DNA from: Botryllus schlosseri
Taxonomy: Eukaryota
DNA length: 64,000 nt
Direction: 5' to 3'
Assembly (NCBI GenBank): GCA_051294905.1
Contig: CM119372.1
Span: 1,054,001-1,118,000, forward strand
Part shown: positions 24,996-36,301 of the stretch, piece by piece
How positions within the stretch are numbered: position 1 is the first letter of the stretch
Layout: every line of letters starts with the position of its first letter
Notes under the pieces: model-generated
Database searches by the model: none
What the model saw: the letters and a program-made list of their open reading frames with translations, nothing else
Told to the model about the DNA's origin: nothing
Position numbers and translations under genes: made by a program

Positions 24996-26419
24996 ATTTA
25001 ATTTTGTAGGTTATGAAACGTAAGGGGGGTCCAGTTCAAAAACTTGACGTCGTAGGGACAAGCTGGTGTCATTTCCGGCTTCAGCGCCAAAAAACAATTA
25101 TCAGATCAAAATCAACAAATGTGTTCCCCAGTGTCGTGAACACGATAGAGACGTCGTTCTATGATGTCCGTCAGATAGAAAAAGAAACAATTCAAAGCAT
25201 TGGAGCTGTGGGTGTTGCGCATTCGTATATGCCTTTTCTAAATGTTTGTTATCTGTACCTACGGTGTATACGTGTTCCTATTTCCGGCAGGTACTGACAA
25301 TAATAGTCCAATAAGCAGGGCTACCGATGTAATTAATAGTAAAACATCTCCAGTTAGTTACGCAGAGGTTACAGTCAGGGTCGTGAGACTACTCTCCATG
25401 CATCGCTAACTTGGCGAGTCCTTACGCCAACCTGCGAGCCCCTCATTTTCGCCTACACGTAAAATCTATAATATACCGCAGTATAATCGATAGCATTACT
25501 ATAGAATTGAAAACTGATTTACAAGATGATTTGTGTGTCAATACCGGCGTAGAAAGTACAATACCATTAAAACACGATTTTCTCACAAAACAAAAAAATT
25601 ACATAGAATGTTTATTGCAAATCAATGCGACTTATAAGCTACGTATTAGCCGGTTGTGTGTTTTGACCTCCGGCGAATCCCTGGTGTTCGTGTGAACCTC
25701 GGTTAAGAACCACTGTTCTCAGCATTTTGACCTCGTCATCATTCACAGCAGAATCCGAGCTGTGGATTGTTCTTCAGTCCTGATGGGAACACGATTTTGT
25801 GGAATTGCCTCGATAACTTTCATCCCGTCGGCGTCCGCTCACACCTGTAGAAAAAGAATTGGTGCCATCGTTCGTATAGTACAGAGAGAGTTCATTTATT
25901 CCGTCAACCATGAAATACATAAGGCTGTATCGGTCGTATCGCAGCATACGAAACACGTCTTACAAAGCAACGTGCATTCGTGGAGTTGGCATATCTGAAA
26001 AGTTGTGATCAACCCACAACATTGTCATAATATGCGAGGAAATTAATATGGTTGAGAAAGTAACAAATTATCTTTGATTTGTCCACATCATTCGTACTGT
26101 GGTGACGTCCTCAAGGATAATGTAAATATCGGAGAGCAGCACTAAAATGACGGAAAACGGCTTCCATTGTTGACTTGACAGTGTGATCTTGTGTTAAGAA
26201 AATTATAATTCGACCGAAGTATGATTGTGTATATACAAAGTACTTCACATTTGTCAACTAGTTGCTGACGATTACCCCTAAGAAATGTCAGTCGAAAATA
26301 ATCGGGTTCATTTCAATATCAATATAACATTCAATTGTCTACTGAAGTTCTGTGCCGCTAACAGTCTCTTCAAGTACACATTATTGTAACAGATGATACC
26401 GTGCCTTACTAGTTGTCGT

Positions 26420-29400
26420 TCAATCGATAGAATCGAGATATTCCTTCTGCAAAGCCGCGGCTTGCTCGTTGCTCCCGTGATCTCTGAGTTGGCCTTCGGG
26501 ATGCTCGGACGGAGTCACCATTCGCATTCTCCTTAACAAACGATCGGCAATGTGCTCGGATCGTGACTCCTAACGACGAAAGAATGTTCATGAATCTCAG
26601 GTTACGTAAACAAGAAAATTCTGGTGGTGCAATCAGATTATTACAGTGAAATGCCTGTAATCAAATTCAAATCTAATTTGTGACTTGTTTCTAGGCTCTC
26701 ATTTTCATTCTAACGTAATTCCTGGTTTTCTTGAAAATGCTACAGCAAAACTGTACAGTCCAAAACGATCCAAGCTCGGTGAACAGACATTTGTCATTCT
26801 CGTGCTTATAAGAATGGACTTTGATTAGATATGAACTGAAATTGGATTTTATTTCTTTTGCGAATGTGGTAATTCCAATTCAAATTAAATTTGAGAGAAA
26901 CAGTGTGTAGCTATCATTTTAATTCTGATCTATTTTGGAAAAGCTGAAAATTATAGACTTGATCAATTCTGGTCAACATACGCCATTTCCATTTTTAGTG
27001 AATGAACGAGTTGCTAGAATAGAGGTCCTATGAACAGTAATATCATATCATATATATGTAGCCTATAGGCTTGATAATGCCGTTCATAGATAAGAGATAT
27101 GGAATCATTAACAATCAAATGATTACCTGCATTCGTTGCTGTTGCGTTGAATACAGATCTTGGCATTCATCGACCGATATCATCTTCACAGGGCCGTGGC
27201 TTGGATCATGCATACTGGCAGAGGTCAATTCCGGCACTTTAGCGCCTTGAGTCTGTTTCTGTGGTCCTAAAATTTGAAAATATTACCAATCAAGGTAGAT
27301 ATTGCCGACTTGCATTAATTCACTGGTTTTAACCATGACTAACCTGACTAAATCTTACACTAATTAGAAAGCCTTCAGCTGAGTCACCAAAAGGAACATC
27401 TATCACATTACACATCTAATAAATAGGCTTCATCACTATGTAATATACTGGTGTGCAAAATGAACCGTGCATCAACAACAGAGTTGAAAGAACGAAACCT
27501 TGTAAAACATGATTTCCATACAAAACAAAAATATCAAAATCAATTTTACTTCTACTGTATGCGGACCCCGGTTTAGAACTTCATTACTTCCTCAAGTGGT
27601 TGTGATTTTAGATGTCTTTTACATGTTCTTGAAAGTTTAGGCCTAGAATACCAACTTCCAACTAGCTTTGAAATCGTTACTTCTACTTCTACGGTGTTAC
27701 TTCTACCGGAGTACCAATCTGACTTCTACCAGAGGTTGTCAGCAACGAAGCACTTCATCCTTTTGGAGTACTCCATGTCACAGATACTGACTAAGTGCGC
27801 TATAATTTCTCAAGTGGTTATAATTTTAGACTATTTCCTCTTCTACTTGATAGTTGTCAGTATGGCAAGTTTTTAAACTTTTGCAATAGTTTTCTACAGC
27901 TTCCCAGATGCTCAGAATCTATGTACTATGATGTTTTAAGCTGTTTGGAGGGATTTTATAGTGCAACTTTTTGCAGCTTTTCTCTATTTTTCACACCAAC
28001 TTTCACTGCAACTTTTATCAAATATTGTGTAAAAATGCAAAGGAGTGATTTAAAAACATGCTATTAACTATTTCTAGTATGGTTCTATTCTCTTTGATTT
28101 GCATAACAAAGAGCTAGGCTATATGATGGGTTAGCTGCATCTCAAGGTTATCTATGACATAATGGCTTGCAAGCCAAGAAGTTCAACTATCTCTGTCAAG
28201 CAAGACCGTGTCCGAACAATAGGCCTATGTAAAAAGATTACTTTGTTAATTCTGTCGTTTAAATTTGAGATAGTTTCCCATTTCACAAACGCCAAGGCTA
28301 AACCGCCGAAAATTGCATTTTCACTGGGTCACCTTATTCAGGATATTGATTTTGGTAAAGTCGCCAAGAGTGAGTTTTCCTGCAACGCCTGCCTCGGGTC
28401 AAGTTTGCATACCTAGGGGGTTTGGGGTGTGTTATTTCACTTGTTTTACGGGGATGGGTTATCGCTATGCTGCTTGGCATTAAAAAAAAAAATTATTCCC
28501 GCATTCCGTAATTTTCTTGCTGTGTACCAGGAAAAAATATATTTTTGCGGTCTCGCCAGAATGTCCGTGAAATGGCACAGTAACAAATTTGACAACGCTG
28601 CAGGAGCTAGGTTATGTAACGGAACCTTTCGAGTATCTCACACCCTACTAATTCAACAATAATTATAAATGCAACTTTTTTACTGCAACTTATGTCAAAA
28701 TTAAGTGCAACTTTCTCGCGATTTCAGTGCAACAAAAACTTGCCCTAGTGATCAGTTTTTATGCAAAACTACGTCTAGAATACTCGATTTTATACATACT
28801 TAACGCTACTTCTACTTTAGCAGAAAGTTACGATGCCGCTTCTATTTCAGCTCCTGCCCATGAGGACTACTTTTGATGTCACATATGAGTCCCCCCAACT
28901 ACCTTACCTGACGAAAGAATACCTTCTTTTTCTGCATTCCTGTTTAAAAACAAACAAAATATATTTAGATTTTGACTGTGTATTTTAAAGATCCCGACTG
29001 TACCGGTTCGCGGAAAATTTCGATTTTTTTCTTTCCCTGCCTTGTGCTTTCACGACGACCTGATAGTGCGGACTGTCGTTGACCGTTAGATGCTCAAAAC
29101 CACGTTCTATGATGCTCATATCCTCTTCCTGCTGAAATAACACAACTTGTAATGATTCGGAGAGGTTAGATAGCAGAGTTGAACAACTGGAAAGTTTTCT
29201 GAATTGGACAAGAAATAGAATAACAGCAGCAAAAATTTTCCATATTAGATAAGAATCAGACTGATACAGTTTTTTCCAAATTAGATTAGAATTAGGATGA
29301 CTGACGTCATGAAAACTTGGCTATCTAATTACATTCTGATTTAGAAAGAAATAGAACATCAGAGTTCATTCTCAAGAGCTCGAGGGTGACAAATGACAAA

Positions 29401-30720
29401 TCGAGTCATTTTTAATTCGCCGCCGAGTCAAGTTCGATTCCAAGTCAGCGTGCAGAGGGTAGAGTCCGAGTCATGGTGTTATGACTCGAGTCCGAGTCCA
29501 GGTCATTGCGTTGAATGCTCATTTTCCAGTTAAAGTCTTATTAAACCTACTTTTTAGAACTGTTTGGTGATATCGAATGGTTCACATTTATAATAGACTA
29601 ATTTTTCTCACTTTAAGCAGTTTCTGGTTGCATTTTCAAGAACCAGTAGGCAAAATACCAACAGTGTGGTTACTTTACTATTCTTCGAAATTACAATGAA
29701 TAGTCAGTCTTGGCCGTCTGAGACTCGTGTCCAAGTCGAGTCAATACACAGAGTGACTGGAGTCAAGTCTTTTCCGTATTTGAAGTAAATGACTCGAGTC
29801 ATTACAACATTGCGAAATTATTCGGGTTTATTTCTATATAAATATATTATTCGATTGTAAATTATTTAGTTGTCCATAATGTCCAAGTTTGCCAGATATC
29901 AAATCGAATCAAGACGATACCTTAATCGTAGAGAACTCACTTTTGGTTGTATCGACTCGACCTCCGGTCTGTTCTGTGAAAGCTCTTTGTGGTTGGCCGC
30001 TTTATTTTCGTTGTCCATAACGGAAATTAAATCTCGCAGTTTAGAAGCAAACGTACGAACTTTCTCTCCTTTGTCCGGTAATTTTCCAACAAATGCACTG
30101 TAACACATAATGAGCAAATTGAGTTAATTCTGGCGCTACAAATGGCAGCGGCGGGATCGTAAGAATATGACACAGCATGCTAACACATCGGTGGAGAACT
30201 AGCCCGAATTGGACAATTGGAAAATTTTCTGATTTCTAAATCAGAATTAGAATTACTGAATTCGTAAAAACTTGGATATTGAATTCAATTCTCCATTAAA
30301 AAGAAATAAATCAAAAATCAAATTCAGCTCATGTCAAATCACGGTTCTTTCTTATATGCATGAGAATGGCAAATGGCTCGTTTCAAACACTATGCAGTTC
30401 CCCTGTGGCAGTGTAGCATTTTCGAGAAAACCATAAATTTGATTAGAATGAGAGTATAAAAACATTCCACAAATTTGATTATGGGCATTACAATTCAATT
30501 AATCTAACTACACAAACGATGAGAGAAATTGAAGATTTACTCACGAATTTTTCAAAATCTTTTCCTGCCTTTCCAGCAGTACAACCAATTCCGCTCTTGA
30601 CTTTTCGTGAAGGTCACTCACGTCTCCGTGCCTACGCAGTATCGGAACTGCGGAAGTCACTGACCCTCCGTGATATATGTTTTCTTCAACAGAGCGCTTT
30701 CCGTTATCTCCTGGTTGCAT
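26420..30720 (-). CDS. POLR2M: RNA polymerase II subunit M / GRINL1A (Gdown1) homologue, ~260 aa, 6 exons
   Basis: Exons 30720-30545, 30097-29941, 29131-29004, 28939-28908, 27266-27127, 26569-26420 (783 nt, GT-AG, phases match). Motifs resembling human GRINL1A occur in order: LERQEKILKNSAFVGKLPDKGEKV, SPHYQVV...KFSAN, ELTSASMHDPSHGPVKMISVDECQDLYSTQQQRMQE, IADRLLRRMRM...PEG. Confidence 0.85.
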
Positions 30721-31602
30721 GATTTCCACACAGTAGGCTAGCCTACACAACTACAGAATCACACCAATATGCTATATACTGATACGCTCTGTTTATGATA
30801 AAAGGGACATAGTGAGCAACAGAAAATGTAACAGATGTCGCAATTTTCAATTGATTACAATAATTGCAATGGTGAATCTATTGTGCCAGCTGCCAATGGA
30901 AACACTACAAACTAAATCTTAGTATAGTGTAGGCTGCAGAGTGTACTGACAAGATGGATTGCAGTCAATAAAAATTAAGCCTGCCATTTTAACACATAAA
31001 TAGATTGACAATATAATCGCAAGGAATCATGATTTTAGTTCGACCATTCGAGATATATCGAAAGCTTCATTCAAAAAGGCAGCCTCTCAAGTTTGCAAAT
31101 TTTCTATTAAAATCCATTTGGCAATAATCATCATGACAGCATAACAGTATGAAAGATGTGGAATGTTCAAATATCCTGCCATTAAGAATTTAAAACCAGT
31201 CCTACATCACATTACAGATTATTCAGTATTTTTTCAACCATGGCTGTTTCATCACAATCTGTCACAATGCTGTGGGCTGATCACGGCTTCAAAGATATGT
31301 CATTTCCACTAATGTGTGTAGCTTTGTTTACAACATGTTTCACATGCTGCGATACCACCAATCAAGGTTTCCAGGCTTCGAAAGTAGAAAATACTACCGT
31401 ACCTTAGCAATATTTTCGTTCATAAGTTCAGTCTGGGTAGTAAGCAGCACATAGTTTCAGTGTGGTACTCAAAAGAATCATCTCATATGGTAGGCCTACT
31501 ACTCGGCTTGAATCATTGCAATTAATAATTGATTCAGATTTGAGTAGGCTATGGGAATCATGGTGCACAGCCCTAGCAGTAAGATATCAGACATGTCCTA
31601 CA

Positions 31603-32601
31603 TCAATTGCACGAAACATTCCATAATTTAATATCACAATCGTCGCTAGCAGTAGCAAGCAGCCCTTGTACGACCGGATTCCACGATACGCAATTCACGT
31701 CTTGCGAATGCGACTGATTCACACGGCACAATAAGTCAAAGTTTGGCTGGTCTGGATCGGATTTCTCATCTTCTTTAAAAACTTGAATACTGTCGTCGGC
31801 CGCCCCAGTCGCTATTAATCCTGTTAGATGACACCAGTCAACAGAAAATATAGTCCGAGTATGAAATCCTGACAGTGTGCATACACATTTCCACGTGTAT
31901 TTAGAATTTGAACCAATATTCAATATATTGCCTGTCTTAAATCTTTTCCAAATTTTCACAGTTTTATCATCAGATACAGACGCAAGTCTATCACCAGTTT
32001 TATCCCAAGTAATCGACCATACAGTTGAAGAATGACCTTCTAATGTAGCAGCAGTTACCCATTCATCTTCATCTGCTTCGAATACTTTGATAGTGTCATC
32101 GTAGCTTGCTGATGCTAAAATGTCTTCGTTTGGATGCCATTTGATGTCTTTTACATCTTGTGTGTGTGATGTTACAACTCCTGCGCATTCAAAATCATCT
32201 TCATCGTATGTTTCCCAAACCCAAACAGATTTATCACGCGAGCAAGTTGCTAAAAACGAGCCTGACGCCGACCATGAAGCAGCTTTTACTTCGTTTTCGT
32301 GTCCTTCCAGTGTAGCTACACATTCAAATTCTCCAGATTTCTTATCCCAAATGCATATAGTGGCATCAAAACTAGCAGTAGCTAATCGAGTGCCACAAGG
32401 CGACCATGAAACACGCCTGATTGCACGGCGGTGGCCTTCCGCTAAAATAGCTTTACATATCCAGTTTTTGCCTTCGTTTCCCCATATTCGGACGGTTTTG
32501 TCGGTTCCGCAAGAGGCTAAATTTTTACCGGTGTGGTTCCAATCAACGCTCCAGACGCGATCGGTATGTCCAGATAGGACTGAGACGTTAGTTATTGACA
32601 T
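31603..32601 (-). CDS. CIAO1: Cytosolic iron-sulfur assembly WD40 protein CIAO1/Cia1, 332 aa, single coding exon
   Basis: Seven WD40 repeats with Cia1 signatures: [64 protein letters not shown]. True start is taken as ATG 32601 (MSITNV); the longer ORF-track extension crosses a splice acceptor at 32631-32630. Confidence 0.95.
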   Translation of the reverse strand: MSITNVSVLSGHTDRVWSVDWNHTGKNLASCGTDKTVRIWGNEGKNWICKAILAEGHRRAIRRVSWSPCGTRLATASFDATICIWDKKSGEFECVATLEGHENEVKAASWSASGSFLATCSRDKSVWVWETYDEDDFECAGVVTSHTQDVKDIKWHPNEDILASASYDDTIKVFEADEDEWVTAATLEGHSSTVWSITWDKTGDRLASVSDDKTVKIWKRFKTGNILNIGSNSKYTWKCVCTLSGFHTRTIFSVDWCHLTGLIATGAADDSIQVFKEDEKSDPDQPNFDLLCRVNQSHSQDVNCVSWNPVVQGLLATASDDCDIKLWNVSCN

Positions 32602-34257
32602 TTTTGCACCAAGTTTCACTGTGTTAGTTCTAGAAGGAATAAAGCAAAGTCTTGTGAATCGAGATTGTGGCAAAACACTATATATTTGCAAAATATGTAC
32701 CAATAGCAATAGATTTATGAGAGCAAAATGAGATTGTAATTCAAGAATGAAGGAATCATTAGGCACAAGCAGACTTGGACAACTAGATAAGACTAATTCA
32801 AGCGAAATTTCTAGTTTTTTCAGAAAATGCTATGGAACTATATACGTGCACGGTGCGAAAAGTGCCAAGTTTCGTGTCCAGACATTTTCCATTCTAATGT
32901 TATGAGAATTAACTGTGATTTGACCTGATTTGAAAAATAACTCTGTAATGCGAGGTTGGAATCTCGGTACGTTTAGCGTAATATATTTAGTGTGCCAAGA
33001 CGGTTCTCAGCATCACACCTGTGTGTAGTCAGTAGAATCTTTGGTCTGCGCGAGACACCGATTCCATATTGGGCATAGCTTTTATTCTAATTCTATAATC
33101 TAATTTGGTAAAGTCGAAAATTTTCTGGTTGTCCGACTCCGAGTGCAACTGTGCAAGGAGAGATCGGAAAGTCTAGTCATAGTCAGGTTGAGTTGGCTAT
33201 ATAGGCTAGATGGGAGGCTTGATAGTCATCAAAGCCGAGATACTCAGGCCAGAAGCTATATGTGCCCTCAAAACTTGTAAGATACGGTAGCCCAAGTTAA
33301 TAAAATAAAAGAATACAAACGTAGGAACAACAGCACAAAGTATCATGGAAGACTTACAACTTGAATGAACAAAATAAGGTCATTGCAAACACAATCATAT
33401 GCAATCCAGGATCAAGCAGCAGCTTGAGAGCAGACAGTCGCAACATTGTTTTTTATTTTTCAATCAGTACCTAGGCCTACAGGTACCGGTATGCAAACGA
33501 TCCCATTAGTTTTAGTACATCCTAGCTAGGCCTATTCTATTTGATTGCATACTCGAAGTAATTCAAAGGCAAACTGGCAATCAAAGCGCAGCTTCATCAT
33601 ATTTCACTTATCTGTGATTTTCATGTTCATGTTCCAAGCTTACAACAATTCACAAAAAGAAAATCACCTAATGTCCAACTTTGGAATATTTATAGCACGA
33701 TGTTTGAAGTAGCCTATGTGCAACAAATAAATAAGAAATGCGCCTGTTTATTCAGCAAACTACCACGGAAATGCATGCAGACGAAAATACACTACTCCAA
33801 GTTGTTTCGACACCTTCCTATCTTTTCATTGTATCGCAGTTTTTGTTGTGTTTAGAAACGATGAAAATATTAATAAAACTGACTGAGCTGACTGACAACC
33901 GTCACACAATGTGAGGCCTACTTTCTACTTTGCGTCTTTGCCCCTCGTACAACGTCAAGTATTAAATAAAGTAGTTGCAGACCCTAAAACGCGGAAAAAG
34001 CGGAAAATCCAGATTAGCAATACGCTGAAATAGCGGAAAAGTCAATCATGCGATTTCCAAACAGGTACGTAAAAATAACTGGGCTCTGATGGGATGGAGC
34101 CCCTCATTCGAAATTAGGTCACAATATCTGGAAATAGGAATCTAAAGAAGCAGATATCGGAGCATAGAGGAAACCGTATCTAAAACGCGGGAACAGCGTG
34201 CAAGGTGCAAGTCAATCATCGAGCTCAAGGCCGGAACGGCGGAAACGAGGGGTCGAT

Positions 34258-34847
34258 TATAGAAATTAAACATGGAACGGCAACGAATGATTTTGCAGCT
34301 TCGTTTTGCTTCGCCGAGGCTGGAGTGGAGAATTGTCTTGCGTAAGCGACTGTGGGATTTCTGGCAATCCAAAAGCTATCTTCCCGAGCGCAGAAATTAC
34401 TGAATTTGGTCTTGATCGAAAGCTACTGTTGCACCGATTCCAAAAATATAAATTAAAATAATAATCAGGCACTGATCCACCTAGAATCTGCCCTCCAAGT
34501 CTGAAATATCGGCATTGTTCAGAACAATCGGGTAACCGCAACACGATGGCCATAACAATGACCCGTTGCGACTCTTCCATTGTTCGAACAATGCCGATAT
34601 TTCAGATTGGAGGACGGGTTCTAGGTGGATCAGTGCCTGATTATTATTTTAATTTATATTTTTGGAATCGGTGCAACAGTAGCTTTCGATCAAGACCAAA
34701 TTCAGTAATTTCTGCGCTCGGGAAGATAGCTTTTGGATTGCCAGAAATCCTACAGTCGCTTACGCAAAACAATTCTCTACTCCAGCCTCGGCGAAGCGGA
34801 ACGAAGCTGCAAAATCGGTCGTTGCCGTTCCATGTTTAATTTCTATA
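34258..34847. mobile_element. 590-bp foldback element (270-bp arms, ~50-nt spacer), TATAGA termini, 7-bp TSD; P/Galileo-like
   Basis: 34258-34528 is the reverse complement of 34579-34847 (10 substitutions, 2 single-base bulges); GGTCGAT is repeated directly on both flanks. Confidence 0.75.
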
Positions 34848-35101
34848 GGTCGATACTTCGGTGCGGTAGAGCCCCTCATTCGGAATACAGGGACATTAGC
34901 TATGACGAAATAGTAGTCTAAAGTAGTGATATGAGGAGTATAGCGGAAAGAGCGAGAAAACTAGCAAGGCGGGACGGCGGAAAATGACCGACGATCGATA
35001 TCACAGCAGAGATGGGAGCATTGCGGAAAAGTCAATTATGCCAATACAAGAGACGCTGGAGTTCGAGACACGTTGGAAAATAACTCTTAAAAATGCCACA
35101 G

Positions 35102-35562
35102 TCAAGAGTGTGTTTGTTTGGAATATTTAGGCACGATGGTCGCCGGATAGGCCTATACAATATACATATCCATCCAAAGCGCATCACGGCCGGAGATGAT
35201 TAAGATGGTGAAAATATATATCGAAACATGATGTAAACTTGCTTTTCGCACATATACCCTATTCAAGAATCTGCGTCTTCGACAGTCATTTGAAAACAAC
35301 TGTAGATAACATAAAACGGACAAAGCGATGAAATGGAATAGTAATGTGTAATCTCGAGACTTGATTAAGAACATACTGAAAGGAAAGAACGCACAGGATG
35401 CGCCTCGGTGATGTCGGTTTCATGGAATTCCTTCAGTGGTTTGTCTGCGCATTGCAAGCATTGTACAATAGAGATCTGCATCCCGGAAAGCCGGTCTCCG
35501 CGAACTATTGCGCTGCAGAACCGACAATAATTGGAACATGTGCACGGGCGTTGAAGACCCAT
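35102..35562 (-). CDS. Tentative small Cys-rich protein (92 aa, 3 exons), unknown function
   Basis: Exons 35562-35377, 35299-35258, 35152-35102 joined by two phase-0 GT-AG introns (77 and 105 nt; the first has a good pyrimidine tract). Gives MGLQRPCTCSNYCRFC...QCLQC...RRRRFLNRAYPATIVPKYSKQTHS*. No family recognised. Confidence 0.35.
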
Positions 35563-36301
35563 TGTTGTTGTTTCATTTGCCCGAAGCGACCTAACGTATT
35601 TATCCCTATCTTTACAAATATAATCATCTAGTAGTTGAAAGCCGAGGCCGTTGTTGGAGTTTATCGAAAGGGCGTCTAAATTAACATCCTAGAGATAAAT
35701 AGGCTTCTTCAAAACGTTTTAGATGTCACACGGGTTGATCTACTGTTTGATATAGCAGCAACAGTCAATTTCACTATTCAATCGAACAATATACTCATAT
35801 TGAAAGATAACCGAATATTTGAGGCTGACGCTAGTCAGGGATAATCGTCGGCAGAGAATTGAAAAGAACATTGTAAGAACTAAAGAACATATAAATAATC
35901 ACAATAATAATCACAATGATCATTGCATATCAATAATCATATATACAAAGTTCAAGGTGGGTGTCCGATTCCATAGACAACTCCTAGTCGCTTCGACATC
36001 TTCCTTCCTTGTCATTGTATCGCATTTTTTGTGGTGTATTGAACTGATAAAATTGCTAATAAACCAATGATGATTCTCTTCAAATCTCTATCGGTTGCTG
36101 ACGATTACCCCTGACGATTGCCATCTGAGAATATCCGGGTCTATTTCCTTCGAATATATTATTCAATTACAGAAGTTCTGTAGGCTTATCCCTGAGTCGT
36201 CTCTTCAAATTCGGATATTTGAAATCGATTTTCAACTCAATAATTCGTTTCCTTTCTCAGTTTACTCGCGAGGTGTGACTTTAAATACCAACTCATAAAA
36301 T

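Noticed and set aside
32120..32731. 203-aa + strand ORF
   Set aside because: Antisense shadow of CIAO1 with no independent features.
32602..32766. Hydrophobic N-terminal extension of the CIAO1 ORF
   Set aside because: Starts at a non-ATG codon and crosses a splice acceptor; Cia1 homology begins at ATG 32601.
34142..34921. Mirror-image ORF pairs (104/97 aa and 76/62 aa)
   Set aside because: By-products of the inverted repeat; no splice or homology support.
35102..35300. THAP-like reading of RRRRFLNRAYPATIVP
   Set aside because: Only loosely resembles the AVPTIF box; the conserved Trp and CxxHF of THAP domains are absent.
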